Shown: positions 16,955 to 27,014, numbered from the stretch's first letter. The stretch is DNA of 64,000 bases from Candidatus Omnitrophota bacterium (GCA_041651455.1 JBAZJG010000008.1:283-64282); one strand, 5' to 3'. The notes: a model not told the origin generated them from the sequence alone. Numbers and translations are program-made.

Positions 16955-17731
16955 TTAACTAATACCGAATTCCTTTTTAAGACCATTAAAATCGTATATC
17001 TGTATATTTACTATCATATCTTTTCCTAATAGAAATTGATCAATTCTATTTTTTAATATTTCCTTTTCTTCATCATTAATCGGCGTTACGATTATAAGAT
17101 AAAAGAATAAATCTCTCTCGCTTTTTTCTAGGTTTCTCCATATATCCTCAAAATACTTTAAAGTTTTTCCTAGCCCATTAAATGGCGTATTTAATCTTGG
17201 AAAGTACTTTACTTCAAATACTGAGAACTGCAAGCTTGAATTTATTATGCCATCAGCGTAATATTTATTGCCTTTAAGTTCAAAACTTCTTTGTTTAAGA
17301 AACATATCTCCATAATCGCTTTCTAACTTTTTAAGAGCTAACTCTTCAGCAAGAAAATATTCAACTTTCGGATTTAATATTATACTTGCAGTAGCACTAC
17401 TTGTTTTATCTTCGGTAATATCTGAAACATCTTTATCCTTTTTATCTATTACATCTTTTATAGTTAAAGGTTTAACATTTTTTATCAAACCAGAAAATGC
17501 TTCATCTGTCTTAAAATCTGAAGGTGCGTATAGCACATGGTGTTTAAGGATTAATACTGAAAAAAACAGCATAACAAGCAAAACAGGGAATATCATGACA
17601 AACCAAACAAACAAATTTTGTATATTATCCGGAAGAATAGGCAATACGGCGCTTCCGCAAATCTCTGATATGCCGGCAAAGATTGCGATAATTGTTAAAG
17701 GATTTTTTATAGTATTTTTGGGTAAGTACAT
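16955..17731 (-). CDS. Membrane protein with two N-terminal TM helices and a cytoplasmic domain of about 170 aa (unrecognised; effector-like)
   Basis: 258 aa. TM1 is LTIIAIFAGISEICGSAVLPIL and TM2 is FVWFVMIFPVLLVMLFFSVLIL, followed by a charged soluble domain. About 30% GC, an SD (GAGGTG) upstream, and a TTGACA hexamer about 45 nt upstream. Confidence 0.6.
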   Translation of the reverse strand: MYLPKNTIKNPLTIIAIFAGISEICGSAVLPILPDNIQNLFVWFVMIFPVLLVMLFFSVLILKHHVLYAPSDFKTDEAFSGLIKNVKPLTIKDVIDKKDKDVSDITEDKTSSATASIILNPKVEYFLAEELALKKLESDYGDMFLKQRSFELKGNKYYADGIINSSLQFSVFEVKYFPRLNTPFNGLGKTLKYFEDIWRNLEKSERDLFFYLIIVTPINDEEKEILKNRIDQFLLGKDMIVNIQIYDFNGLKKEFGIS

Positions 17732-17831
17732 AATCGCACCTCAATCATCTAAAGCTAATTTACATTGCACTTCTGTCAAACTGTTAATGTACGAGGGGCG
17801 CAGTCAATATTTTCTGCTTAAGATTATTTTG

Positions 17832-19556
17832 CTATGCTTGCGATGACAATAATTCCTCAACTTCTCCTATTGTTTCGTCTATCTTGATTACTTTAATTTC
17901 TTTCGTCTTGCGGTCCTTGATCTCCACCTCGCCGGTGGCGATGCGTTTTTCACCAATGATTATTTGTATCGGGAAGCCGATGAGGTCGGAATCTTTGAAC
18001 TTAACGCCGGCGCGTTCGGGGCGGTCATCGAGGATGCATTCTATACCGGCGGAAGTCAGCTCGTTGTAAATCTTTTCGGCCGCTTCCATAGATGCCTGGT
18101 GCGCAGTGTTGAGCGGGAGTATTGCGACTGTGTAAGGCGCTATGGTCTTGTTCCAGATAATGCCGTCCTTGTCGTGGCTCTGCTCGATGAGCGAGGCGAC
18201 GATACGGTTGACGCCTATGCCATAGCAACCCATGATGCACGGCTTTTCCTTGCCGTTCTCGTCGAGGAAATTACATTTTAGCTTGGTGGAATATTTGGTG
18301 CCGAGTTTGAAGACCTGCCCTACCTCGATGCCGTGCTTGAAGAGCAGTTTCTTGCCGCCGTGCGTGTCGCCTTCGACGGCGTTGCGGATGTCTGTCACTA
18401 TAATATTAGCGCCCGTGAGGGGGAAATCCCTTCCCGGCACGACGTTCTTCGTGTGGTAGTCGGTCTTGTTGGCACCGGTAACACCTATCGCCATCGCGGC
18501 TACGGCGTGGTCTATTATAATCTTCGAGGCCTTCCCGGCAAGCCCTACAGGCCCTGCAAAGCCGACCTTGGCGCCCGTGATTTTCTCGATCGCTTCCGGT
18601 GAGGCGAGCTCATTATGCGCGCCGCCGAGCGCCTGTGTCAGTTTCTCGGGGTTGAGGTCGTGGTCGCCGCGCACAAGCGCCACGACGATATCCTTTCCGA
18701 CCGAGAATATGAGCGTCTTTATCATCTCCTTCGGCTTCGACTTCAGGAACGAGCAGACCGCTTCGATAGAACCGACGTTCGGAGTATGCACATCCTCGGC
18801 CTTCGGGGCGTTGGCAACAGCCGGCTCTTTCGGCAGCGGGTCTACCGCGGCCTTTTCGAGGTTCGCGGCGTAGCTGTTATCTTCTGTGTAGACAATGATG
18901 TCCTCGCCGGAGTCGCAGGGAGCCGTGAACTGGTGCGAACCCGAGCCGCCCATCTCGCCCGACTCGGCCTCCACTATCACGAAATCGAGCCCGCAGCGCG
19001 TGAATATGCGCTTGTAGGTCTCGTACATGTTCCAGTATTCCTTGTCGAGGCACTCGGCCGTCGGGTGGAAACTGTAAGAATCCTTCATTATGAATTCGCG
19101 GCTGCGCAGGACACCGAAGCGCGGGCGGAACTCGTCGCGGAACTTGAAAGATATCTGGTAGAGGTTGACCGGGAGCTGCTTATACGACTTGATCTCGCCT
19201 GCGGCGACACTCGTTATTACCTCCTCTGCCGTCGGAGCGATGACGTTCGTATGCCCGTGGCGGTCCTTGAATTTTGCCATCGTCTCGCCGTAATCCCTAT
19301 CTCGGCCGGTCTGCTGCCAGAGCTCTATCGGCTGGACCGCAGGAAGCATGACCTCGAGTGCGCCCGCCTTGTCCATCTCCTCGCGGATGATCGCCTCGAC
19401 CTTATTTATGACGCGCATACCGAGAGGCAAATATGAATACGAGCCTGTCGCGAGCTTGCGTATGAGCCCCGCGCGGATCATTAGCTTGTGGCTTAGGATC
19501 TCGGCTTCCGCCGGGTCCTCTTTAAGCGTCGATATAAGCGTCTTTGTCCATCTCAT
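17832..19556 (-). CDS. proS: Proline--tRNA ligase (bacterial type with INS/editing domain)
   Basis: 574 aa. N-terminus TKTLISTLKEDPAEAEILSHKLMIRAGLIRKLATGSYSYLPLG, class II motifs and a C-terminal anticodon-binding domain. Confidence 0.95.
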   Translation of the reverse strand: MRWTKTLISTLKEDPAEAEILSHKLMIRAGLIRKLATGSYSYLPLGMRVINKVEAIIREEMDKAGALEVMLPAVQPIELWQQTGRDRDYGETMAKFKDRHGHTNVIAPTAEEVITSVAAGEIKSYKQLPVNLYQISFKFRDEFRPRFGVLRSREFIMKDSYSFHPTAECLDKEYWNMYETYKRIFTRCGLDFVIVEAESGEMGGSGSHQFTAPCDSGEDIIVYTEDNSYAANLEKAAVDPLPKEPAVANAPKAEDVHTPNVGSIEAVCSFLKSKPKEMIKTLIFSVGKDIVVALVRGDHDLNPEKLTQALGGAHNELASPEAIEKITGAKVGFAGPVGLAGKASKIIIDHAVAAMAIGVTGANKTDYHTKNVVPGRDFPLTGANIIVTDIRNAVEGDTHGGKKLLFKHGIEVGQVFKLGTKYSTKLKCNFLDENGKEKPCIMGCYGIGVNRIVASLIEQSHDKDGIIWNKTIAPYTVAILPLNTAHQASMEAAEKIYNELTSAGIECILDDRPERAGVKFKDSDLIGFPIQIIIGEKRIATGEVEIKDRKTKEIKVIKIDETIGEVEELLSSQA

Positions 19557-19560
19557 GTTG

Positions 19561-20643
19561 TCAGCCCTTTAATATTTTGTTTATTTCGGTTATGACGGCG
19601 CTAACAAATTCGCTCTCTTTTATTTTACGCGCGGGCTTGCCCTTTATAAAGAGGAATCCGCTGCCCTTGCCTGCCGCGATGCCGAGGTCCGCCTCTTTCG
19701 CTTCGCCGGGTCCGTTGACTACGCAGCCCATTACGGCGACGCGAAGGCCCGAGAGCTTGCCCTTCTCGTCTTTTATCTTGCCGAGCGCCTGCTCCACCTT
19801 ATTGGCGATGCCGATAATATCCACTTCCGTCCTGCCGCATGTCGGGCAGGAGAGCACTTCAGGGCCGAACTGCCTTAGGCCAAGCCCCTGTATGATGTTC
19901 TTCCCGACGATGACTTCCTGGACGGGGTCGCCCGTAAGCGAGACGCGTATCGTATCGCCTATGCCGTCCGCGAGCAATATGCCGATACCGAGCGAGGACT
20001 TTACCGTGCCCGAAAGCTCCGGGCCGGCTGCCGTGACGCCCAGATGGAACGGGTAATCGCACTTCTTAGCCATAAGCCGGTAGGCATCTATCGTCTGGCC
20101 GACGTCGGATACCTTCAATGAGACCATAAGGTCGCGGAAGCCGAGCGACTCGATTATCTTGATGTAATCGAGGGCTGCTTTGACCATCAGCGCCGGAAAA
20201 CGTTCTTTCGAAACACCGCCCTTAGGTATGCGCACCGAACCCGAGTTCACTCCGACGCGCACGGGAATACGGCGCTTCTTAGCGAGATTTATTACCGCGG
20301 CCACCTCATCCTTCTTATATACGTTGCCAGGGTTGAGCCGCACGCCGTCGACGCCCGCGTTTATAGCCGCAATGGCGAGACGGTAATCGAAATGGATATC
20401 GGCCTCGAGCGGGATATTTATCTTTTTCATTATTTTTCCGAGTGCTGTACAGCACGAGATGTCCTTTACCGCCGTCCTGACAATGTCGCAGCCGGCGAGC
20501 TCAAGCTGTTTTACCTGCGCGACGGTCGCGGCGACATCCAGGGTATCCGTCTTCGTCATCGACTGGATCGAGACCGGGCTCGTCCCGCCTATCTTTACCC
20601 CGCCTAAACTGATGGTCCTTGTCTTGCGTCTTGTTATCTTCAT
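19561..20643 (-). CDS. ispG: 4-hydroxy-3-methylbut-2-en-1-yl diphosphate synthase (GcpE)
   Basis: 360 aa. LGGVKIGGTSPVSIQSMTKTDT, plus the C-terminal Cys triad (CPTCGRTEVD...C) for the 4Fe-4S cluster. Confidence 0.95.
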   Translation of the reverse strand: MKITRRKTRTISLGGVKIGGTSPVSIQSMTKTDTLDVAATVAQVKQLELAGCDIVRTAVKDISCCTALGKIMKKINIPLEADIHFDYRLAIAAINAGVDGVRLNPGNVYKKDEVAAVINLAKKRRIPVRVGVNSGSVRIPKGGVSKERFPALMVKAALDYIKIIESLGFRDLMVSLKVSDVGQTIDAYRLMAKKCDYPFHLGVTAAGPELSGTVKSSLGIGILLADGIGDTIRVSLTGDPVQEVIVGKNIIQGLGLRQFGPEVLSCPTCGRTEVDIIGIANKVEQALGKIKDEKGKLSGLRVAVMGCVVNGPGEAKEADLGIAAGKGSGFLFIKGKPARKIKESEFVSAVITEINKILKG

Positions 20644-21698
20644 TTTCCGAGTTTCCCGAATATGTCGTTATACGTGGCGAAAAGCATCAACCCGATAAAA
20701 AACATCCAGCCCGCCTGCATCGCTATCTCCTGTGTCCTCTTGCTGACCGGCTTGCCCCTCAGCTTCTCGATGCCGAGGAATAGTATTAATCCCCCGTCGA
20801 GCGGAGGCACCGGAAGGATATTAAATACGCCGAGCAATGTGCTGATGAGCGCGGTCAGCAGGACGAGCGGGATTATTCCCACCTTCGCCGCCTGCGTCAT
20901 GAGGTTGAATATCCCGACGGGGCCCGATACGTTCTCCTTGAACGCGAGGCGCCCGGTTATTATGTTCCATAGGCCGCGGTATGTCATGACGACGAAATCC
21001 ACCTGCTTCTGCGCCCCTTTTACAAGCGCCTGCCCCGGCCCGAACTTGAGGTAGCTTCTTTCGTCGGAGTTCATTATCCCCACCTGCGCTATCTTTACAT
21101 CGTTGCCGAGAAGGTCTTTCGTCTCTTTTATTATCGGCTTTATCGTGAAATCCATGTTCTTTCCGCCGCGGTCGACGGTAACCTTCACGTCCCCGGATGT
21201 CTTCTTATGCATCATCGCTATAAGGGCTTCCCAGTCGCTGACGGGCCTGCCGTCGATCGAGAGCACCCTGTCGCCTTCCATTATGCCCGCCTTCTTCGCG
21301 GGGTAATCATCGACGAGCCCTCCGACCTTGGTCGTTATTATCGGATAGCCCGCCATGAAGACGACCCACATCAACGCGAGGCCGAGGATATAATTAAGCG
21401 TGACGCCCGCAATGAGCACCTTGAACCTGCTCCATATCGGCTGGGCGCCGAACTCGCCCTTCTCTCCGGTCACCGCCTCGGACGGGTCCTCTCCGAGCAT
21501 CTTCACATAGCCGCCGATAGGTATAAGCGACAACCGGTATTCGATGCCGTTTCTCGTGACAGAGAAGATCTTAGGCCCCATGCCGAGCGAAAATATCTGC
21601 ACCTTTATGCCGACGCGCAGGGCCATGACGAAATGGCCGAGCTCGTGTATGAATATCATAAGAGAAAAAGCCAGTATGACCAGCACTATTTCAAGCAT
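20640..21698 (-). CDS. rseP: RIP zinc metalloprotease RseP (site-2 protease)
   Basis: 352 aa. HELGHFVMA zinc motif in TM1, a PDZ domain, and a C-terminal LDGG motif. Confidence 0.9.
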   Translation of the reverse strand: MLEIVLVILAFSLMIFIHELGHFVMALRVGIKVQIFSLGMGPKIFSVTRNGIEYRLSLIPIGGYVKMLGEDPSEAVTGEKGEFGAQPIWSRFKVLIAGVTLNYILGLALMWVVFMAGYPIITTKVGGLVDDYPAKKAGIMEGDRVLSIDGRPVSDWEALIAMMHKKTSGDVKVTVDRGGKNMDFTIKPIIKETKDLLGNDVKIAQVGIMNSDERSYLKFGPGQALVKGAQKQVDFVVMTYRGLWNIITGRLAFKENVSGPVGIFNLMTQAAKVGIIPLVLLTALISTLLGVFNILPVPPLDGGLILFLGIEKLRGKPVSKRTQEIAMQAGWMFFIGLMLFATYNDIFGKLGK

Positions 21699-22843
21699 CA
21701 GATATGTCTCCCCGCCTGCTGCCTTGCCCAGGCGTCGATTTCAAGTATCTCGTTGAGCGAAGGTTCCCTGTTCGTCTTATGCGACGACAGCACCTTCTCT
21801 ATTATTGACGGTATCCTCGTGAACTTTATCTTCTTATCCAGGAAAGCCAGCACCGCCACCTCGTTCGCGGCGTTCAGCACGACGGGCGCCGAACCGCCTT
21901 TCTTCGCGGCGTCATATGCCATCTTCAGGCACGGGAACTTCCCGAAATCCGGCGGCGAGAATGTGAACTTACCGAGCTTCACGAAATCGAGCGCCGGCAG
22001 GACCGACTTTACGCGCCTCGGATACGAGAACGCGTACATTATCGGGAGCCGCATGTCCGTCTGCGACAATTGCGCCATTATCGACCCGTCGACAAACTCG
22101 ACCATCGAATGTATTATCGCCTCGGGGTGTATCAGCACGTCGATCTTGTCCACACCGACGCCGAAAAGCCAGCGCGCCTCGATCACCTCGAGCCCCTTGT
22201 TCATGAGCGTGGCAGAGTCGACCGATATCTTCTTGCCCATCTTCCAGCGCGGGTGGTTTACGACCCTTTCGGGCGAGAGCGCGTGGAATTTCTTCGCTTC
22301 CATGTCCTTGAGCGGGCCGCCCGAGCCCGTAAGGTATATCTTATTGATATCTTCCCTGTTGTGCCCGTTCAGGCACTGGAATATGGCGCTATGCTCCGAA
22401 TCCACCGGGAGTATCCGCACACCCCTCTGCCTCGCGGTAGACGTTATTATCTGTCCGGCCATCACGAGCGGTTCCTTGTTCGCGAGCGCCACCGTCTTGA
22501 CCGAGTGAATCGCGCGCAGCGTCGGTATGAGCCCCGCCGCGCCCACGATCGAGACGAGAGTAATATCCGCCTCATCGCATCCGGCGAGCTCGTTCACGCC
22601 CTCATACCCGCCGAGGACCTTGATGCCGGTTCCCGAGAGCGCCTTCCTTACGCCGTTCGCCTTCGACTCGTCGCATATCGCGACCGTCTTCGGGCGGAAT
22701 TTACGGGCTTGCTTTACGAGCAGCGCGGAGTTCGAATGCGCCGCGAGCCCCGTCACCGAGAATTCCTTCGGGTGCTTCGCTATCACATCGAGCGCGTTAG
22801 TGCCTATAGAGCCGGTAGAGCCGAGGATGTTTATCTTTTTCAT
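21698..22843 (-). CDS. dxr: 1-deoxy-D-xylulose 5-phosphate reductoisomerase
   Basis: 381 aa. [20 protein letters not shown]-binding N-terminus and DXR catalytic motifs. Confidence 0.95.
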   Translation of the reverse strand: MKKINILGSTGSIGTNALDVIAKHPKEFSVTGLAAHSNSALLVKQARKFRPKTVAICDESKANGVRKALSGTGIKVLGGYEGVNELAGCDEADITLVSIVGAAGLIPTLRAIHSVKTVALANKEPLVMAGQIITSTARQRGVRILPVDSEHSAIFQCLNGHNREDINKIYLTGSGGPLKDMEAKKFHALSPERVVNHPRWKMGKKISVDSATLMNKGLEVIEARWLFGVGVDKIDVLIHPEAIIHSMVEFVDGSIMAQLSQTDMRLPIMYAFSYPRRVKSVLPALDFVKLGKFTFSPPDFGKFPCLKMAYDAAKKGGSAPVVLNAANEVAVLAFLDKKIKFTRIPSIIEKVLSSHKTNREPSLNEILEIDAWARQQAGRHI

Positions 22844-23688
22844 AGGAATTTGAACACATAGAAGTATAACGTCGGCGCGGTGAACAATATGCTGTCAACG
22901 AGGTCGAGCACGCCTCCAAGCCCCGGTATATAGTCCGCGGAATCCTTGACCTGGCTGTCGCGTTTGATCAGGGATTCCGAAAGGTCGCCTACCTGCGCGA
23001 GGACGCCCAACAGGCATCCGAGTATCAGCAAATGATGGAGCGGTATCGACGGAAGGAAGCTCCTGCTCGCAAGCGCGGCGCCCACGCTGAACAGGAAACC
23101 GCCGAGCGCGCCCTCTACGGATTTCTTGGGGCTTATGCGCGGGATAAGGCTGTGTTTTCCGAAGTAAGTGCCCACAATGTAAGCGCCTATATCGCCCATC
23201 TTGGTCACGAGAAGCAGGAACGCCACGAGCAGGCTGCCATCGGGCAGGGCCGGGTTCTCCATCAGCTTCAGTTTCAGCATGAAGCTGAACGTCCAGCTGA
23301 TATAGAGTATCCCGAATATCGTAGTCGATACGCCGAATATCGCGTTGCTGTTCTCCCTGCGCGTGAACTGCAGGATGAATATCGTCAAAAGGACCGCGAT
23401 GATAAAGAGCAGCTCCCATCCCTTTGTCGGCTCGAACGTGAAGAATATCGAAAGCGGCACGAGGACACCTATCGAGATGCCGCTCGTCTTGAATATAGGT
23501 ATCCCCTTCTTCTCGACGAGGGAATAGAACTCGTAAAGCGCCATGCCTATCATGAGCGTCAGGACAGAGCAGAAGACCCAGTCCGGCCAGACCATAACGG
23601 TGAAATATACGAACGCGATTATCAGCGCAGAGCTGACAAATCGCGGGATGATATTGTTATGGTTATTGCCGTTGTCCTGTCCTGTCAT
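22840..23688 (-). CDS. cdsA: Phosphatidate cytidylyltransferase
   Basis: 282 aa polytopic membrane protein with the C-terminal CdsA signature (S..KR...VKDS...IPGHGG.LDR.DS). Confidence 0.85.
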   Translation of the reverse strand: MTGQDNGNNHNNIIPRFVSSALIIAFVYFTVMVWPDWVFCSVLTLMIGMALYEFYSLVEKKGIPIFKTSGISIGVLVPLSIFFTFEPTKGWELLFIIAVLLTIFILQFTRRENSNAIFGVSTTIFGILYISWTFSFMLKLKLMENPALPDGSLLVAFLLLVTKMGDIGAYIVGTYFGKHSLIPRISPKKSVEGALGGFLFSVGAALASRSFLPSIPLHHLLILGCLLGVLAQVGDLSESLIKRDSQVKDSADYIPGLGGVLDLVDSILFTAPTLYFYVFKFL

Positions 23689-24392
23689 GCGCCGAACCTT
23701 CTTTCGCGTTTCTGGAACTCGCGGACCGCCTCGACGAGGTCGTTCTTCCTGAAATCGGGCCAGAGCTTGGGCGTTATATATATCTCAGCATAGGATATCT
23801 GCCAGAGCAGGAAGTTCGAGAGGCGCATCTCGCCGGACGTGCGTATAAGCAGGTCCGGATCCGGCTGACCTGCCGTGTCGAGCAGGCCCTCGAACATCTT
23901 CTCGTCGAGGTCGTCGGCGCCGACCTTGCCCGACTTTACCAGCAAAGCGAACTTCTTCGCCGCGTCGATTATCTCCGTCCTGCCGCTGTAATTCAGCGCG
24001 ACGTTGAGCGTCAGTATCCTGCCGCTTTTTGTCGCCTCGACGGCCTTCTTGAGTTTGGGCTTCACGTTATCCGGGAGGCCGCCTATCCTGCCTATGAAAT
24101 TGAGCCGTATGCCGTTCTTTATGAACGACGGGACCTCTTTGTCGAGGTATTCGCCGAGGAAGCGCATCAGCGTATCCACCTCTTCCTTCGGCCGCTTCCA
24201 GTTCTCCGCGGAGAACGCGTATAGCGTAAGGTGCTTAATCCCGAGTTCGCGGCAGGTCTTGACTATCTCCCTGACCGACTTAAGGCCCTCGCGGTGGCCC
24301 ATCACGCGCGGAAGCCCGCGCTTCCTGGCCCACCTGCCGTTGCCGTCCATTATGACCGCTATATGTAAGGGGATCCTCTTCTTGTCGAGCAT
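23685..24392 (-). CDS. uppS: Undecaprenyl-diphosphate synthase (isoprenyl transferase)
   Basis: 235 aa. HIAVIMDGNGRWA and LTLYAFSAENWKRP motifs. Confidence 0.95.
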   Translation of the reverse strand: MLDKKRIPLHIAVIMDGNGRWARKRGLPRVMGHREGLKSVREIVKTCRELGIKHLTLYAFSAENWKRPKEEVDTLMRFLGEYLDKEVPSFIKNGIRLNFIGRIGGLPDNVKPKLKKAVEATKSGRILTLNVALNYSGRTEIIDAAKKFALLVKSGKVGADDLDEKMFEGLLDTAGQPDPDLLIRTSGEMRLSNFLLWQISYAEIYITPKLWPDFRKNDLVEAVREFQKRERRFGA

Positions 24393-24393
24393 A

Positions 24394-25974
24394 TCAGGTA
24401 TGGACTCTGTAATCTATCTCCGGGAAGATGTTATCCTTATGTTCGATGTCGGCAAGCCAGCCTTCGTCTATGCGCTGGGCTTTTATGTCGTTATAGAGCC
24501 GCGTGAACCTCAGGATATGGTCCTTCGTCCTCTTGACGGCATACTGCACCACGGTCCCGGTCTTCATGATGAACGCCCAGTCGCTTGACTGCGCGAGCAG
24601 CAGTTCGCGCAGCGCCTGGTTCAGCGCTCGGCGCGTTATCCCGGTGGCCCCGGGATAGCTGTTGGCGAGCTCGGTCATGCGGTCGGCGGCCTTGTGCAGG
24701 TGCTTGTATATCCAGTCGTTCGAGCCGTCGAGCCAGTGCTCGCAGTAACCCTTGTATCCCCAGCTCGACATCGTCGGCGTGGAGACCTGGTTGCGCGGGT
24801 TGCGCTCGAGGTATTCCGAAGGCGTTATCGGCTTGACCGTCTTCTGGTCGAAGTGGAGCTTCCTGAAGAGGAAGTCTAGGAACATCGGCCCCTCGTACCA
24901 CCAGTGGCCGTACAGCTCGGCGTCATAGGGCGCCACGATTATCGGGTTCTTCTTCATCACGTCGTGCAGGAACTCGACCTGCTTCTCCCTGTTGAACATG
25001 AAGTTCCCCGCGTGCGACGCCGCCCTCTCGCGCGCCCAATCGGGGTTATACGGTTCCTTGTGGTCTGTGCGGCCGGTTATCCTGTAATATTTGATGCCTG
25101 TATTTATCCTGATGCCTTCCTTGTGGATGTAAGGCCTTATGTAATCGAAATCGAGGTCGAAACCGATGTCGCGATAGAACTCGCGGTAGTTGTAATCTCC
25201 GGGGTATCCCTCTATCGCACTCCATACCTGCTTAGAGGACTCGAAGTCCCTGGCGAACGCAGCGACGCCCGACCTGCAGAATACCGGCGCGTATACGCCG
25301 TATTTCGGGCGCGGGCTCGCGTGGAGTATCCCGTGCGTGTCTGTGAAGAAATAGCGTATGCCCGCCTCTTTGAGGTATGCGTCGGCCCCGGGGAAATATC
25401 CGCACTCCGCCAGCCACGTGCCGCGCGGCCTCCTGCCGAAGAACCTCTCGTAATTGTTCGCGCCGACCTGTACCTGCGCGCGGACCGATTGCGGGTTGAC
25501 CTCCATGAGCGGGAAGAACCCGTGCGTCGCGTTGCAGGTTATTATCTCGAGTTTGCCCATGTCCTGGAATTCCTTGAACGCGGACAGGATGTTCTTATGG
25601 TAGCGGTCGACGAACGTGCGGCGGGTCTCGATGAACTGCGACTGGTACATCAGCGCGAGCCGGTTGAACGCAGGCTCCCATCTCGTGCGCTCGACTTCCT
25701 TATTCGAAAGCTCGATTAGCGTGTCGAGGTGCTTGACATACCTGTCCTGCAATAACGGGTCGGCGAGCATCGAGCACAGCGAAGGCGTTATCGACATCGT
25801 TATGCGGAAATTGACGCCGTCGCGGATGAGCCCGTTGTAAACGTTTATCAGCGGGATGTACGTCTCGGTGATCGCCTCGTAAAGCCAATCCTCCTCAAGG
25901 AAATCCTCGTATTCCGGATGCCGGACATACGGAAGGTGGCTATGCAGGACTATGCAAAGGTAGCCTTTTTCCAT
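24394..25974 (-). CDS. Glycoside hydrolase family 57 (alpha-glucan branching-enzyme-like)
   Basis: 526 aa. N-terminal LHSHLPYV GH57 signature, and the typical length and helical C-terminal region. Confidence 0.85.
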   Translation of the reverse strand: MEKGYLCIVLHSHLPYVRHPEYEDFLEEDWLYEAITETYIPLINVYNGLIRDGVNFRITMSITPSLCSMLADPLLQDRYVKHLDTLIELSNKEVERTRWEPAFNRLALMYQSQFIETRRTFVDRYHKNILSAFKEFQDMGKLEIITCNATHGFFPLMEVNPQSVRAQVQVGANNYERFFGRRPRGTWLAECGYFPGADAYLKEAGIRYFFTDTHGILHASPRPKYGVYAPVFCRSGVAAFARDFESSKQVWSAIEGYPGDYNYREFYRDIGFDLDFDYIRPYIHKEGIRINTGIKYYRITGRTDHKEPYNPDWARERAASHAGNFMFNREKQVEFLHDVMKKNPIIVAPYDAELYGHWWYEGPMFLDFLFRKLHFDQKTVKPITPSEYLERNPRNQVSTPTMSSWGYKGYCEHWLDGSNDWIYKHLHKAADRMTELANSYPGATGITRRALNQALRELLLAQSSDWAFIMKTGTVVQYAVKRTKDHILRFTRLYNDIKAQRIDEGWLADIEHKDNIFPEIDYRVHT

Positions 25975-27014
25975 TATTTTGTGAATTTCTTGACTATAGG
26001 CGTTATCGTGCGCTCTTCTTCCTTGTCGGCCGAGATGCCCTTGACGGAGATCACCTGCTCGCCGTCCGGCAGCGCGAACCGCAGGCTGAACGTGCCGTCG
26101 CGGTTAAGCTTTATCGGCCTGTCCTGGACTGTTACCGTAGCGTCGGGCTCGGTAGCGCCGTAGACGACCAACTCGGTATTGACCACCATCCAGAAACCGC
26201 GGCCCTTGTAGTTAGGCGGGCGCACGAAAGAGCTGAGCCCTCCCGATGAGAGCTCCTGCTGCAGGCGTTCCTTCATTATTTTCTTGATCTTCGCCTTGCC
26301 CGGCGAAGTTCCCCCGAAACCTCCCCATAGGCCGTAAAGCTTCAGGAACTCCTCTTCTATCGACATCCATTCCTCGTCGATGACATCGGAGGCGCCGTCG
26401 CGCGGGGTGACGACGATATTCGAGCGCGCGATGACTATGAACTTTCCGCTAGGGGTAATCACGCCGAAATCGACGCACCATGACCTGTCCGCCGCGCCTA
26501 CGTTGATGTACCAGCTCGTAGAGCCCGGGTGCAGGTCTATATCGAAATACCTGTTGGCATTGAATCCGTTGAAATCCTTGCCTGTCACGTCATAGACGCG
26601 CAGCACCTTGCGCATCTCATTCCATGACGCGCCGGCTTCGCGCTCAACCTGCATGCGCCTTTCGTCCGTGACTTCCCAGTAAGCGAATATCCAGTAGGGG
26701 TCCCGCGCCATGATGACGATACGCGTATCGCCGTAACGCTCCGGCAATTCTTCGTGTTCCCACTGCCTCGGAGGAAGATAAGGGGTCGGACGGGGATAAT
26801 ATTTCGTCTCCTCGGTCTTGTTGCGCGGGGATTCTATCGCCTGCGCCGCCTTCTGCGGGACGGCTTTCTTTACCCTGCCGGCGGCCTTTCTCAGGGCCTT
26901 CATCAGGGCCTTTTTCTGGTCCGCGGGCTTCTTTACGGGCTTCTTAGCCGGCTTCGCTTTCCTGGCAGCAGGAAGTTTCCCCGCTTTTTTTACGGCCTTA
27001 CTGCTCTTCTTCAT
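25974..27014 (-). CDS. DUF4912-family protein with a histone-H1-like Lys/Ala/Pro-rich N-terminal tail
   Basis: 346 aa. Residues 1-60 are K/A/P-rich (MKKSSKAVKKAGKLPAARKAKPAKKPVKKP...). The core PPRQWEHEELPERYGDTRIVIMARDPYWIFAYWEV matches the DUF4912 domain often found beside GH57 genes (from memory). ATGA overlap with the GH57 gene. The SD is AAGGAGG. Confidence 0.7.
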   Translation of the reverse strand: MKKSSKAVKKAGKLPAARKAKPAKKPVKKPADQKKALMKALRKAAGRVKKAVPQKAAQAIESPRNKTEETKYYPRPTPYLPPRQWEHEELPERYGDTRIVIMARDPYWIFAYWEVTDERRMQVEREAGASWNEMRKVLRVYDVTGKDFNGFNANRYFDIDLHPGSTSWYINVGAADRSWCVDFGVITPSGKFIVIARSNIVVTPRDGASDVIDEEWMSIEEEFLKLYGLWGGFGGTSPGKAKIKKIMKERLQQELSSGGLSSFVRPPNYKGRGFWMVVNTELVVYGATEPDATVTVQDRPIKLNRDGTFSLRFALPDGEQVISVKGISADKEEERTITPIVKKFTK

